From Bacillota bacterium (GTDB lineage: Bacteria; Bacillota; Dehalobacteriia; UBA4068): 64,000 nucleotides of DNA. The notes under the pieces are model-generated. The model did no database searches. It was not told where the DNA came from and saw only the letters and a program-made list of their open reading frames with translations. The translations under genes and the position numbers were made by a program. Of the stretch, positions 47,883 through 58,763 are shown piece after piece (within the stretch, counting starts at the first letter, position 1; each line of letters starts with the position of its first letter). The stretch is taken from NCBI GenBank assembly GCA_031553915.1, contig JAVBKT010000001.1, positions 18,891 through 82,890 on the forward strand, in the 5' to 3' direction.

Positions 47883-49424
47883 TTATTTTGCATATTCGGT
47901 AGCACGGGTTTCTCTGATCACAACTACTTTGATTTGTCCCGGATATTCCAGTTCTTCTTCAATCTTTTTCGAGATATCCCGGGCGGTACGTACTGCCATC
48001 AGATCATCAATTTTATCCGGCTGAACAATAATGCGAACCTCGCGGCCAGCTTGAATAGCAAAAGATTTTTCTACACCCTCGAAACCGTCAGCAATTTCCT
48101 CCAGCTTTTGCAGCCTCTTAATATAGTATTCAAGAGTTTCGCGCCTTGCGCCTGGCCGCGCGGCAGAAATACTGTCCGCTGCCTGTACCAACGCTGCTTC
48201 GAGTGAGGCAATCTCTACATCGCCATGATGAGCCATGATGCAATGCACAACATCTTTGCTTTCTTTATACTTTCTGGCAATATCCGCGCCAATAATAGCA
48301 TGAGAGCCCTCAACCTCGTGGTCAATGGCCTTGCCGATATCATGGAGCAGGCCGCCCCGCTTGGCCAAGGTAATATCAGCGCCCAGCTCTGCGGCCATAA
48401 CGCCTGCCAGGTGGGATACCTCAATGCTGTGTTTAAGCACGTTTTGGCCATAGCTGGTACGGAATTTTAGCCGGCCCAAGAGCTTAATCAGCTCTGTATG
48501 CAGGCCATGGACATTAGTATCAAAGGTGGCTTGTTCGCCTTCATCCCAAATGCGCTGCTCAACCTCTTTGCGCGATTTTTCAACCATTTCCTCAATGCGT
48601 CCCGGTTGAATACGCCCGTCCATAATCAGTTTTTCCAGAGCATTACGGGCAATTTCTCTTCTAACCGGGTCAAAACCGGACAAAATAACCGCTTCCGGAG
48701 TGTCGTCAATAATCAAGTCCACACCGGTCAAGGTTTCCAGAGTACGGATATTACGGCCCTCGCGACCGATAATACGCCCCTTCATCTCATCATTAGGCAG
48801 GGCCACCACAGAAACCGTAGTCTCTGAGCAATGATCAGCAGCCACCCTCTGAATAGCTGCGCCAACGATTTCGCGCGCTCTTTTTTCGCCTTCTTCTCTG
48901 GCCGAGTTTTCAATATCGCGGATCAAAATCGCCGCTTCATGCTTAACCTCGTCCTCAATACTTGAGAGCAAAATTTGCTTGGCCTCGTTAATCGTCATGC
49001 CGGAAACATTTTCCAGCTCTTCGAGCTTTTGCTGTTGCAGCTCTTCAACCTTGACTAAGCCGGCTTCAACCTCTGCTTCCTGCTTTTTGATTGCATCTTC
49101 TTTCTTCTCAATAGACTCCAGCTTGCGGTCAATATCTTCTTCTTTTTTCTGTAAGCGGTTTTCCTGATGTTTAATTTCATTACGCCGCTCTTTGTTTTCG
49201 CGGTCCGCTTCCGCCCGCAGCCGGTGAATTTCTTCTTTGGCTTCGATTAGTGCCTCTTTTTTGCGCGTTTCGCTTTCTTTTTTGGCATCAATAAGAATTT
49301 TTGCCGCGGCTTCTTCAGCCGATTTAATTTTGGCTTCTGCTAAATTTTTACGCACGATATAGCCCGTGAGCAAACCAATCAGCAGCGTGCCAAAAGCAAT
49401 TAATACTCCGACAATAGTTGGCAT
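47883..49424 (-). CDS. rny: ribonuclease Y
   Basis: N-terminal TM helix, coiled-coil region, KH domain and HD domain (HDIGK). Confidence 0.9.
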   Translation of the reverse strand: MPTIVGVLIAFGTLLIGLLTGYIVRKNLAEAKIKSAEEAAAKILIDAKKESETRKKEALIEAKEEIHRLRAEADRENKERRNEIKHQENRLQKKEEDIDRKLESIEKKEDAIKKQEAEVEAGLVKVEELQQQKLEELENVSGMTINEAKQILLSSIEDEVKHEAAILIRDIENSAREEGEKRAREIVGAAIQRVAADHCSETTVSVVALPNDEMKGRIIGREGRNIRTLETLTGVDLIIDDTPEAVILSGFDPVRREIARNALEKLIMDGRIQPGRIEEMVEKSRKEVEQRIWDEGEQATFDTNVHGLHTELIKLLGRLKFRTSYGQNVLKHSIEVSHLAGVMAAELGADITLAKRGGLLHDIGKAIDHEVEGSHAIIGADIARKYKESKDVVHCIMAHHGDVEIASLEAALVQAADSISAARPGARRETLEYYIKRLQKLEEIADGFEGVEKSFAIQAGREVRIIVQPDKIDDLMAVRTARDISKKIEEELEYPGQIKVVVIRETRATEYAK

Positions 49425-49530
49425 GTTTCACCTCCATTTGCGCTAATCCTGATCGTTGCCGGCAGTTCACACAAACAAACGCCAGCTAAACAGCATTAGG
49501 CTTTTTCTCATTTAATTTTTAATTTAAAAT

Positions 49531-49557
49531 AAAAAACCGAGCAAAAGACTCGGTTTT
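49531..49557. terminator. terminator hairpin aaccgag-caaaaga-ctcggtt with flanking A/T tracts (after recX)
   Basis: Seen in the sequence. Confidence 0.6.
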
Positions 49558-49790
49558 AGCGGCAAAAGATGACAAGCCTTTACCCATAGCATAGGCAGGC
49601 TGCTATTCAAAATATATATATATCAAAATCACAACAATTTGTAAAATGGATTAATTGAAAATATATATATAAAGTTAAGCGTCATCTCTTGTCTGTGAAT
49701 CCACCAAATGTGATTCCAAAACAAGTCTTAACATTATATATGATATTATTTTTTTTTGTAACTGTCAATAGCTATTTTGTCGCTAAGCTG

Positions 49791-50297
49791 CTATTTTCTA
49801 AAAATACTGCTAATTTCATCCAAAATCATCGCTTGGCTAAAGCCTTTAGCGAGTAACTGGCGGATAACTTTGTCCCGATATTTGCTATTATCTGCCCCAT
49901 TATCATTGTTCGCTTTAGTAGCCGCCTTTTGCAGCAAGGCCACTACTACTTCTCTTTGTCTATCCTCATCATATTCCTCAGCCAGCGCAAGGTCGATAAT
50001 GCTGCTGTCAACGCCTTTGCCCCGGAGCTCCATGATAATTTTCGCCGCGCCGCAAGGATGAAAATCGCGGCGGTCACGCACATAAGCGGCTGCGTAACGG
50101 CTATCGCTCAGATAATCCTTTTCCTGCAAAAGGGCGATGACTTGCTCGACCTGCTCTTTGGGCGCGCCCCGCTGTAATAATTTGCGGCTCAACTCTTGGC
50201 TGGAATATTCTCTTTTGGCCAGATAAGCAAGCGCTGCGGGCAAAATTTTCTCCGCAGCGTTGGCTAAGTCATGTTTATTTGCTGTCTGCCAGGTCAT
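49791..50297 (-). CDS. recX: RecA regulator RecX; start trimmed to [11 protein letters not shown] (overlaps recA 3' end)
   Basis: Three-helix repeats with [18 protein letters not shown]. Confidence 0.7.
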   Translation of the reverse strand: MTWQTANKHDLANAAEKILPAALAYLAKREYSSQELSRKLLQRGAPKEQVEQVIALLQEKDYLSDSRYAAAYVRDRRDFHPCGAAKIIMELRGKGVDSSIIDLALAEEYDEDRQREVVVALLQKAATKANNDNGADNSKYRDKVIRQLLAKGFSQAMILDEISSIFRK

Positions 50298-51318
50298 GGT
50301 TATTCTCCTCAGCAGCTGGGGCCTCAGGGGCAGCAAAGGCCTTTTCTCTAAGCTTTTGCTCGATCTCAAACATAATTTCCGGATGCTCTTCCAGGAAAAT
50401 CTTGGCATTCTCCCGTCCCTGGCCAATCCGTTCGCCATTATAGCTGAACCAGGAGCCTGATTTATCAATCATCTGCATGGTTACGCCCAAATCAAGAACA
50501 TTGCCTGATGCAGAAATACCTTTGCCGTACATAATATCAAATTCAGCAGTCTTAAAAGGAGGAGCAACCTTGTTTTTGACCACCTTCACTTTAGTGCGGT
50601 TGCCGATCATATCTGTGCCTGACTTAATCGTCTCTGCCTTGCGCACTTCCAGGCGTACGGAAGAATAAAATTTAAGGGCGCGGCCGCCGGAGGTGGTCTC
50701 CGGATTGCCAAACATCACGCCAACCTTTTCTCTGATCTGATTAATAAAAATAAAACAAGCATTGGATTTACTGACTACTCCGGTCAGCTTACGCAGCGCT
50801 TGTGACATCAACCTTGCTTGCAGGCCAACATGAGCGTCGCCCATATCCCCTTCCAATTCCTGGCGGGGAACCAAGGCTGCTACCGAGTCCACGACAATCA
50901 CATCAATAGCGCCGGAGCGCACTAGCTGCTCGGCAATTTCCAGGCCCTGTTCTCCGGTATCCGGCTGAGAAATAAGCAATTCATCAACATCTACGCCCAA
51001 ATTATTGGCATATACCGGGTCCAGAGCATGCTCCGCATCAATAAAGGCGGCCACACCGCCCATTTTCTGCGCTTGGGCCACAATATGCAGCGCTACTGTT
51101 GTCTTGCCGGAGCTTTCCGGGCCATAAATTTCTACTACTCTGCCGCGCGGCATACCGCCCACACCCAGAGCTATATCAAGGGCCAGAGAGCCTGTTGGGA
51201 TAGTTGCCACAGCAGTAATACCAGATGAGCCAAGTTTCATGATTGACCCTTTGCCAAACTGTCGCTCTATTTGCGATAATGCAGCTTCTAATGCAGCCTC
51301 TTTATTTTTATCCAACAT
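50275..51318 (-). CDS. recA: recombinase RecA; start set to [14 protein letters not shown] (AAAGGAG RBS) rather than the extended ORF
   Basis: Walker A motif GPESSGKTT plus L1/L2 loop regions. Confidence 0.9.
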   Translation of the reverse strand: MLDKNKEAALEAALSQIERQFGKGSIMKLGSSGITAVATIPTGSLALDIALGVGGMPRGRVVEIYGPESSGKTTVALHIVAQAQKMGGVAAFIDAEHALDPVYANNLGVDVDELLISQPDTGEQGLEIAEQLVRSGAIDVIVVDSVAALVPRQELEGDMGDAHVGLQARLMSQALRKLTGVVSKSNACFIFINQIREKVGVMFGNPETTSGGRALKFYSSVRLEVRKAETIKSGTDMIGNRTKVKVVKNKVAPPFKTAEFDIMYGKGISASGNVLDLGVTMQMIDKSGSWFSYNGERIGQGRENAKIFLEEHPEIMFEIEQKLREKAFAAPEAPAAEENNHDLADSK

Positions 51319-51336
51319 ATTTTCGCTCCTTTTTCT

Positions 51337-51350
51337 CAAACGTATGTTCG
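51337..51350. promoter_or_regulatory. LexA/DinR (Cheo) box CGAACATACGTTTG immediately upstream of recA RBS
   Basis: Matches the Gram-positive SOS box consensus CGAACRNRYGTTYG. Confidence 0.6.
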
Positions 51351-51412
51351 ATAATCATTATACCGCTTTTTTTATGGCATTGCAAGCTTTTTCATAAAAA
51401 TTTTTTAATAGC

Positions 51413-51508
51413 TTAATTATTACTCATAAGATCAATAACAATGCCACTTAAAACAAACAATAAAGCTAAAACAGCAAGAAGAATAACCAGCTTAGTGCCT
51501 TTTCCCAT
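51413..51508 (-). CDS. possible 31-aa hydrophobic micro-protein (MGKGTKLVILLAVLALLFVLSGIVIDLMSNN)
   Basis: Small ORF with a weak AAGGA SD. It codes for a single TM helix. It is not in the ORF track because it is under 60 aa. Confidence 0.25.
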   Translation of the reverse strand: MGKGTKLVILLAVLALLFVLSGIVIDLMSNN

Positions 51509-51648
51509 AATCAAAAATTCCTTATAATTTTTTTGCTAATTTTCAGCAATTATACTTACAATTCGTTATTATATGTCATTATAGGTGCTATTTCAAGTAT
51601 TTTTTTTACAAAATATAACTTATTTTTTATAATTATCTAAATAGTTAT

Positions 51649-51676
51649 AAAAAAACAGGCTATATAGCCTGTTTTT
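51649..51676 (-). terminator. rho-independent terminator after proS (aaacaggctat|atagcctgttt + T-run)
   Basis: Perfect hairpin with a T5 run. Confidence 0.75.
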
Positions 51677-51701
51677 CGGTCAAATGTATTACTCTAATGC
51701 T

Positions 51702-53453
51702 CTATTTAATCAAATCAGGATTAACTTCCGCCAACATTGACGTCTTTAACTCAGCAATCTTGATGTATAGCTGATCCAGCGAAACTTCTAAAACCTCACC
51801 GGTAGCGCGGATTTTAATTTCAACCAGACCTTCTTCTTTGCATTTTTTACCCATCACCACTCGCAGCGGAAAACCGAGCAAATCCGCATCGTTAAACTTA
51901 ACGCCCGGCCGCTCCTTGCGGTCATCCAGAACAGCCTCGATTTCATCCGCTAATAATTGCTGATACACTTCTTCCGCTTTTGCCATCAGCCATTCGTCCT
52001 TATCATTGACCGGAACAACCGCTACCTCATAGGGAGCAATGGACATCGGCCAGATGATGCCATAATCATCATGATGCTGCTCAATCACTGCCGCCATTGT
52101 GCGGCCAACGCCAATACCATAGCAGCCCATAATCATATCATGCTCTTTGCCCGCCTCATCAACATAGCGCGCGCCCAGCTTGGCGCTGTATTTATCATGC
52201 AGCTTGAAAATTTGCCCCACTTCAATACCGCGGGCAGCGTCAAGCGGCTGGCCGCAGCAAGGGCAGGCCGCGCCTTTATCAACCAAAGCAATATCCGCGA
52301 CCTTCGATATCCGGTAATCTTTTCGGCTATAATTGACATTGATCAGATGATAATCTTTTCTGCCGTCGCCGCATTCGTGGTTGATCATCAATGGCGCTTC
52401 CGCATCTGCCAGGATGAAAATATCTTCTGCAAGGCCAACCGGGCCGCAATAACCAGGCTCCATGCCATGCGCGCGTACTTCTTCATCGGTGGCAAAACGC
52501 ACTTCCAAACAATCCATCTGGTTTTGCAGCTTGATTTCATTGACCTGGCGGTCACCACGGATGAGGACGACAAAAAACTTTTCTTCATCTTCATAAATCG
52601 CCTTGTAGCAGAGGGTTTTAACCATGCGGTCCTCAGCCACGCCCAGCAATTTGGCTACATCTTCAACGGTAGTGCAATTGGGGGTAGCCACAGCTTCCAT
52701 GGCTCTCAATTCTTCACCAAGCCCGGTTGGCACAGGCGCAACAGCGGCAATCTCATCGGTTGCTGCATAAGTGCAGCTATTACAAAAAAGAATAGTGCTT
52801 TCGCCAATATCAGATAAAGCCATAAACTCATGGCTGCCTTCGCCGCCAATGGCGCCGGAATCTGCTGCCACCGGACGAAAATCCAAGCCGCAGCGAGTAA
52901 AAATCCGGCTATAGGCATCATGCATCTTATTATAGGAAATATCTAAGCCCGCCTCATCCTTGTCAAAGGAATAGAGGTCTTTCATAATAAATTCGCGGCA
53001 ACGAATCACGCCAAAGCGGGGGCGCCGCTCATCACGAAATTTGGTTTGAATTTGATAAGGCAGCATCGGCAGCTGCTTATAGGAACGAATATCCTGCCGT
53101 GCGTGGCTGGTGATTACCTCTTCATGCGTGGGGCCCAAGAGAAAATCCCGGTCATGGCGGTCCTGCATGCGCATCAACTCTTTGCCATATACCCACCAAC
53201 GTCCGCTTTCCTGCCACATTTCCGCTGGCTGGACAATCGGCATGGCCATTTCCTGACCGCCTTTGGCATCCATTTCCTCACGGATAATATCCATAATTTT
53301 TTTCATCGTACGCCAGCCAACAGGCATATAGGAATAAATACCCATGGCGACTTTGTGGATCAGCCCGGCCCGCAGCATCAGCTGATGGCTGACAATTTCC
53401 GCCTCAGCAGGCACCTCACGCAAGGTTGGCGCGTATATTTGTGACATCCTCAT
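51702..53453 (-). CDS. proS: prolyl-tRNA synthetase (bacterial type with editing domain)
   Basis: 583 aa with class II aaRS motifs and an INS domain. Confidence 0.9.
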   Translation of the reverse strand: MRMSQIYAPTLREVPAEAEIVSHQLMLRAGLIHKVAMGIYSYMPVGWRTMKKIMDIIREEMDAKGGQEMAMPIVQPAEMWQESGRWWVYGKELMRMQDRHDRDFLLGPTHEEVITSHARQDIRSYKQLPMLPYQIQTKFRDERRPRFGVIRCREFIMKDLYSFDKDEAGLDISYNKMHDAYSRIFTRCGLDFRPVAADSGAIGGEGSHEFMALSDIGESTILFCNSCTYAATDEIAAVAPVPTGLGEELRAMEAVATPNCTTVEDVAKLLGVAEDRMVKTLCYKAIYEDEEKFFVVLIRGDRQVNEIKLQNQMDCLEVRFATDEEVRAHGMEPGYCGPVGLAEDIFILADAEAPLMINHECGDGRKDYHLINVNYSRKDYRISKVADIALVDKGAACPCCGQPLDAARGIEVGQIFKLHDKYSAKLGARYVDEAGKEHDMIMGCYGIGVGRTMAAVIEQHHDDYGIIWPMSIAPYEVAVVPVNDKDEWLMAKAEEVYQQLLADEIEAVLDDRKERPGVKFNDADLLGFPLRVVMGKKCKEEGLVEIKIRATGEVLEVSLDQLYIKIAELKTSMLAEVNPDLIK

Positions 53454-53564
53454 CGATTTTCCTCCTCATCTATCTCAGCCGGGGCAAACCCCAAGCTCAT
53501 CAACAAACCAGCAAATATCATATCTTATCCGGCGCGGAAATTCAAGCCCCCGCATAAGACTGTT

Positions 53565-54635
53565 TTAGTCATTATCGTTCATCAGTTTTTTGGCTTCAAT
53601 CAGCAGCTGGTCAAGCAATTGCTCTTCCGGGAAAAAGCCCAACTTTTCCCCCTTGGCAAAAAGCACTGCACCGCCTTTGCCGCCGGCAATACCCAAATCA
53701 GCATCAGCTGCCTCGCCCGGGCCATTAACAGCGCAGCCCATCACCGCTATTTTCAACAAACGCGGCGGAGCATAGGCTGAAAGTAATTGCTCTACCTTTT
53801 TGGCCAGAGCAATAAGATCAATTTCCGTACGGCCGCAGGTGGGGCAAGAGATAAATTGCCAGCCTTTGCTCCGCATACCCAGCATCGTTAGAATATCTTT
53901 GGCAACTTCCACCTCTTTCAGCGGGTCCTCGGTCAGAGAGACGCGAATGGTATCGCCAATCCCCTGCTCGAGCAAAATGCCAATGCCCATGGCATTCTTG
54001 ATGCTGCCCCGCAACAGCGTCCCCGCTTCTGTCATGCCAATATGTAGCGGATAGTCGCATAAAACAGCAATTTGCCGGTAAGCGGCAATCATTTCCTCAA
54101 GATCACTGGATTTGAGCGAGATTTTGATGGCGGAGAAGCCCAGCTCTTCGAGGATTTCCGCATCACGCAAGGCCAGCTGCACCATGGCTTCACTGCGGGA
54201 ACTAAACTGCTGCCATTGCTCCGGCCGCACCGAACCGGCGTTAACGCCGATCCTGATCGGGATACCCGCAGCTTTGGCGGCAAGGGCGACCTCTTTGATT
54301 TTTTGCTTGTCCCCGATATTGCCCGGATTAATGCGCAAGGCGGCAATCCCCGCTTTAATCGCGGCCAGTGCCAGGCGGTGATCAAAATGAATATCAGCTA
54401 CCAAAGGCAAAGGCGATTGCTTGACAATTTGCGCTAATGCCGCGGCCGCCTCCATATCCGGCACAGCTAAACGCCCGATATCTGCACCAGCAGCCTTCAG
54501 CTGCTCTAATTGCACCAAGGTTGCCATCACATCAGCGGTTTTGCTATTACACATAGATTGAATCGCAATCGGATGATCAGCGCCGATTGCGATTTCACCA
54601 ATATATACAGTTTTGCTTAATCTTCTTGCTTCCAT
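53565..54635 (-). CDS. ispG: 4-hydroxy-3-methylbut-2-en-1-yl diphosphate synthase (flavodoxin)
   Basis: 356 aa. A TIM-barrel domain is followed by a 4Fe-4S domain with CPTCGR...C. Confidence 0.9.
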   Translation of the reverse strand: MEARRLSKTVYIGEIAIGADHPIAIQSMCNSKTADVMATLVQLEQLKAAGADIGRLAVPDMEAAAALAQIVKQSPLPLVADIHFDHRLALAAIKAGIAALRINPGNIGDKQKIKEVALAAKAAGIPIRIGVNAGSVRPEQWQQFSSRSEAMVQLALRDAEILEELGFSAIKISLKSSDLEEMIAAYRQIAVLCDYPLHIGMTEAGTLLRGSIKNAMGIGILLEQGIGDTIRVSLTEDPLKEVEVAKDILTMLGMRSKGWQFISCPTCGRTEIDLIALAKKVEQLLSAYAPPRLLKIAVMGCAVNGPGEAADADLGIAGGKGGAVLFAKGEKLGFFPEEQLLDQLLIEAKKLMNDND

Positions 54636-54636
54636 A

Positions 54637-55665
54637 TTAAGTCCCAGACGCTAAACGTATAATATCATTAATGGTAATTACCACCATCAGCCCCATCAGC
54701 AATATCAGGCCGATGAAATGCACCATGCCTTCTTTGGCCCGGGAAATAGGCTTGCGGCGAATGCCCTCAATGGCCAAAAAGACCAGCCTGCTACCATCCA
54801 GCGCCGGCAAGGGGAAGAGATTGATCAACCCCAAATTGATCGAAAGCAGGGCTGTTAATTGAAGGATATAGGTGAACCCCTCGCTGGTGGATTGGCCAAT
54901 AATCTGCACAATGCCCACCGGGCCAGCCACCTCAGGCTCAATCTGTCCGGTGATCATCTGGAACAGACCGCGGATAATCTCCACGGTGATGCGCATTGAG
55001 TTTTCAAAACCCATGCCAATGGCGGTAAAAAAGCCCAGATGCTCCGTGGCAGGATAAATGCCAACCTTCCACTGCTGGTCTGTTTCATTAAAATAAGGTT
55101 CAACCGCTACGCTAATGCTTTCACCAGCGCGCTCGACAGTCATATTAATCGTGGCTCCGGCCTCGCCGGCATTGACAGCCGCGCTGATATCGCTCCACTG
55201 GCTGATAGCAGTGCCATTAATCTCGGTGATAATATCGCCTTCCTGCAAAACGCTATAAGCCGGAGTATCTGGCAGCGGTTCTCCGACAATATTTTTTTCC
55301 GAGGCTGTGCCGATAATCATATAAGCTAAGACAAAAAGGATGATAGCAAAAAGAAAATTAGCTATTGGTCCGGCAGCAATGGTAACCATGCGTTGCCAGA
55401 CTTTTTTATTATTAAAACCGCGCGGGTCAGTGCTGTCCTCATCTTCGCCGCGCATATTACACCAGCCGCCGATCGGCAGCAGGCGCAGAGTATAAGTAGT
55501 TCCTTTTTTGCTTTTTTTCTGCAGCAGCTTTGGCCCCATGCCCAGGCTGAAATCTTCTACATAAATACCGCAAGCCCTGGCCGCGGAAAAATGCCCTAAT
55601 TCATGACTCAAAATCAAGGCGCAAAAAACTAGAATAACAGTAATTATGGTAATCACAGTTTCCAC
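54637..55665 (-). CDS. rseP: RIP zinc metalloprotease RseP (site-2 protease, M50) with PDZ domain
   Basis: HELGH motif in TM1 and an LDG motif. Confidence 0.85.
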   Translation of the reverse strand: METVITIITVILVFCALILSHELGHFSAARACGIYVEDFSLGMGPKLLQKKSKKGTTYTLRLLPIGGWCNMRGEDEDSTDPRGFNNKKVWQRMVTIAAGPIANFLFAIILFVLAYMIIGTASEKNIVGEPLPDTPAYSVLQEGDIITEINGTAISQWSDISAAVNAGEAGATINMTVERAGESISVAVEPYFNETDQQWKVGIYPATEHLGFFTAIGMGFENSMRITVEIIRGLFQMITGQIEPEVAGPVGIVQIIGQSTSEGFTYILQLTALLSINLGLINLFPLPALDGSRLVFLAIEGIRRKPISRAKEGMVHFIGLILLMGLMVVITINDIIRLASGT

Positions 55666-55685
55666 TGATTAATTATACCTCCGCT

Positions 55686-56864
55686 TTATTTGTGGCTTTC
55701 GGCAATCTGCCTTATCGCATCCTGCCGCCCCTCTTTATCCGCAAGATAAACCTGCGATATATCTTTGACCGCTATGCTATTATATCCGGCAAAGAGAGAA
55801 GATAGAATAGCCGTGATATTAGTAAAGCTAATTTTTCTTGCCAAAAATGCTTCCACCAGCACTTCATTGGCCGCATTAAGATAGGCGGGCGCGCTGCCCC
55901 CTCTCTCACCGGCCTGGCGAAACAGATCCAGGCCCGGGAAACGCTCACTGTCAGGACAATAAAAGGTTAGTTCCCCTATTGCTGCCAGGTCAAGCAGGTT
56001 ATCAAACAATCGCGGGCGTTCCTGTTCGGTTAATGCGTACTGAATTGGCAGGCGCATATCCGGCAGAGACAACAGCGCTTTTTGGTTGCCGTCAAGGTAC
56101 TCCACCAAAGAATGGATAATGCTTTGCGGATGTACCAATACCTCTATTCTATCATATGGCAAGCCAAAGAGCCAATGCGCCTCAATAATTTCCAGGCCTT
56201 TGTTGACCATGGTGGCGCTGTCTATGGTAACTTTCGCTCCCATTTTCCAATTGGGGTGCGCCAAGGCCTGCTCCGGCGTGGCAGAAGATAGTTGCTCTAC
56301 CGCAAAATTGCGAAAGGGTCCGCCGCTGGCAGTGAGAATAAGCTTGGAAACAGACTGCCTCGCTTCTCCCTGCAAGCATTGCCAAATCGCTGAATGCTCA
56401 CTGTCAACCGGCAGAATTTCCACATTGCGCTCCCCGGCCAGGCGGGTGACAATCTCCCCCGCGGAAACCAAGGTCTCTTTATTAGCCAGGGCAATTTTCT
56501 TTTTGCCGCCATAAATTGCCGCGAGCAGGGGCGCCAAGCCCGCTAAACCGGAAATGGCTGCAACCACCATATCCACCTCTTGCAGCGAGGCGGCATCAGC
56601 CAGACCGGTATCGCCGCCCAAAACCTTAATCGGCAGATCGGCAAGCTCTTTTTTTAATTGCTTCAGATAGGAAATATCGCCGATAGCCACCACGGAGGGC
56701 AAAAATTTCCGCGCGGCATTACCAAGAAAGCGCCAGTCGCTATTAGCGGTCATGGCGCATATCTTAATCTGGTCGTTCAGGCCAAGCTCATTCAGTTGTT
56801 GACAAACCTCAAGGGTCTGGCGGCCAATAGAGCCGCTCACCCCGAGTATAGATATTTTTTTCAT
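55686..56864 (-). CDS. dxr: 1-deoxy-D-xylulose 5-phosphate reductoisomerase
   Basis: N-terminus ISILGVSGSIGRQTL plus the Dxr catalytic motifs. Confidence 0.9.
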   Translation of the reverse strand: MKKISILGVSGSIGRQTLEVCQQLNELGLNDQIKICAMTANSDWRFLGNAARKFLPSVVAIGDISYLKQLKKELADLPIKVLGGDTGLADAASLQEVDMVVAAISGLAGLAPLLAAIYGGKKKIALANKETLVSAGEIVTRLAGERNVEILPVDSEHSAIWQCLQGEARQSVSKLILTASGGPFRNFAVEQLSSATPEQALAHPNWKMGAKVTIDSATMVNKGLEIIEAHWLFGLPYDRIEVLVHPQSIIHSLVEYLDGNQKALLSLPDMRLPIQYALTEQERPRLFDNLLDLAAIGELTFYCPDSERFPGLDLFRQAGERGGSAPAYLNAANEVLVEAFLARKISFTNITAILSSLFAGYNSIAVKDISQVYLADKEGRQDAIRQIAESHK

Positions 56865-56868
56865 ATTT

Positions 56869-58104
56869 TTAGCTAATCGTAATCTTTGGGTTATCGTCTG
56901 GCGGTTCCGCTTCCGGGTGATCTTTATTCTTTGCCCGCTTTGGCTTTAATTTATCCTTGATAAAAGAAGTCTTATCATTTTTGAGCGGCGTTCCATCGCC
57001 GTTAGGATCCAAAATAATCCGCTGCCGTCTGCCTCTATACGCAGCCACAATTACCGCGAGAATAATCGGGCCCAAAATCAAACCGGCCAGACCAAACATT
57101 TTCATACCGATGAAAATCGCAGCCAGGGCAGCCAAAGGATGCAGGCCAACTCTGTCGCCGACAATTTTTGGTTCCAAAATATAGCGGGCAATAGAAGTCA
57201 GGGCATAAATAATCAGCAGGCCAATGCCAAAGCCGATCTCTCCGGAAATAAATGACCATATTGCCCAGGGAACAATCAGGGTGCCTGGCCCCAGTACCGG
57301 GATAATATCCATTACCGCGGTAAAAAGGCCCATGGCCAAGGGACTGCCAACGCCAATGATGGCAAAGCCCACGGTACAGATTAAAAAGGAAATGCTGATT
57401 AAAATTAATTGTGCGCGCACATATTGGCCGATGACATTAGAAATATTGTCATAGGTGCGTTCCGCATTGTTTCTGTGTTTACGCGGCAAGATGCCGCAGA
57501 TGGCATTACGCACCTTGAGCTCATCGCGGCACCAATAAAATACCGCCACAAAAGCAACAAAGATCAGCACTATAGCGCCCGGAGTGCCTTTAGCTACATT
57601 GACAAGGAAGCCGACGCCCTGCGATGCCCAATCAACAAATTGATCCGAAATCTGATCCAAATATACTTTGACCTGAGAATAATCAAGATTCAGCTTATCA
57701 TATAGCTGGGCAATAAATGCTCCGGCATCATCAAGAGTGAGATTCAACTCATGGGCATATTGAGTGAGGTTGGAAACAACATTGGCCACAACCGAAATTA
57801 CCAACATAATCAGTAAAGCGATAAAGGTAAACACCACCAACATCATCAGCAAAACCGCCAAGGTCGGCGGAAAATGCAGCTTGCGGATCAAGAACTGATT
57901 GAGCGGGCGGGTAATTACCGCTGCCAGCCAGGCAATGATAAATGGAGAAAGCAGCACGCCGACAAAGCTCAAAATTGTCCCTAAATAGGGCACCACCTTT
58001 TCATAAAGCAGCACAAAGGCAGCCCCGCTAACCAAAACAATAGCGGCAATCAGCAAATATTGGATCAGAGTCTCTTTTTCCGGTTTACGCATATTTTCTC
58101 CCAC
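56869..58104 (-). CDS. AI-2E family (UPF0118/PerM) membrane transporter
   Basis: 411 aa with 8 TM helices. Confidence 0.7.
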   Translation of the reverse strand: MGENMRKPEKETLIQYLLIAAIVLVSGAAFVLLYEKVVPYLGTILSFVGVLLSPFIIAWLAAVITRPLNQFLIRKLHFPPTLAVLLMMLVVFTFIALLIMLVISVVANVVSNLTQYAHELNLTLDDAGAFIAQLYDKLNLDYSQVKVYLDQISDQFVDWASQGVGFLVNVAKGTPGAIVLIFVAFVAVFYWCRDELKVRNAICGILPRKHRNNAERTYDNISNVIGQYVRAQLILISISFLICTVGFAIIGVGSPLAMGLFTAVMDIIPVLGPGTLIVPWAIWSFISGEIGFGIGLLIIYALTSIARYILEPKIVGDRVGLHPLAALAAIFIGMKMFGLAGLILGPIILAVIVAAYRGRRQRIILDPNGDGTPLKNDKTSFIKDKLKPKRAKNKDHPEAEPPDDNPKITIS

Positions 58105-58121
58105 AGGTGGTGTTAATTACA

Positions 58122-58757
58122 TTATTGCATAATCAGCAAAAATACATACATAAAAGGCGCAGCCAGTAAAATGCTGTCAAAACGGTCTAAGACCCCTCCG
58201 TGCCCGGGGAAAATATTTGCACTGTCTTTAACTCCGGCCATACGCTTAAATTTGCTCTCCAGCAAATCGCCAATCTGGCCGATAATTGAAATCAAAAGCG
58301 GAATCAGCAAAGCAGCGCCAAAGCCTGCTTCCTTCATAAAAATCAGTCCATAGAGCAAGCCGACTATCAATCCGCCGGCAACTCCGGCAAGAGCTCCCTC
58401 TACTGTCTTATTGGGGCTCAGCTGTGAGGCCAATGGGGTTCTGCCAAAGCGGCGGCCAAATTCATAGGCGGCAGTATCTGTTGACCAGATAATCAGCAGC
58501 AGCCACAATGTTCCGGACAAAGCCTTGGTACCGAAGAAGGCCAAAAAGCCCAGGGCAATATAGGCGCAGCCCAAAAGCAACCAAAAGGCAAATGTCTGCA
58601 AATGCATTTTTTGCAGCATTCTGTAGTATTCTATGCCGCCAAGAATAGCGAGAATACCAACAGCTATTCCCAGCCACCAGCCGCCCAGCCACACCAATAA
58701 CAGTAATACTGGTATGCCGATTGCTGCGGTAATAATTCGTTTTCTTTGTTGGTCCAT
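58122..58757 (-). CDS. cdsA: phosphatidate cytidylyltransferase (short form)
   Basis: The C-terminal CTP-transferase motif GDLLESKFKR..KDS...PGHGG..DRFDS is present. Confidence 0.85.
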   Translation of the reverse strand: MDQQRKRIITAAIGIPVLLLLVWLGGWWLGIAVGILAILGGIEYYRMLQKMHLQTFAFWLLLGCAYIALGFLAFFGTKALSGTLWLLLIIWSTDTAAYEFGRRFGRTPLASQLSPNKTVEGALAGVAGGLIVGLLYGLIFMKEAGFGAALLIPLLISIIGQIGDLLESKFKRMAGVKDSANIFPGHGGVLDRFDSILLAAPFMYVFLLIMQ

Positions 58758-58763
58758 AATTGT

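Noticed and set aside
50275-51339. Extended RecA start (MRKRSEN...), and similar N-terminal extensions of murG, murD, dnaE, rpsB and recX track ORFs
   Set aside because: Internal Met codons preceded by good SD sequences match canonical N-termini. The extensions run into upstream genes or operators.
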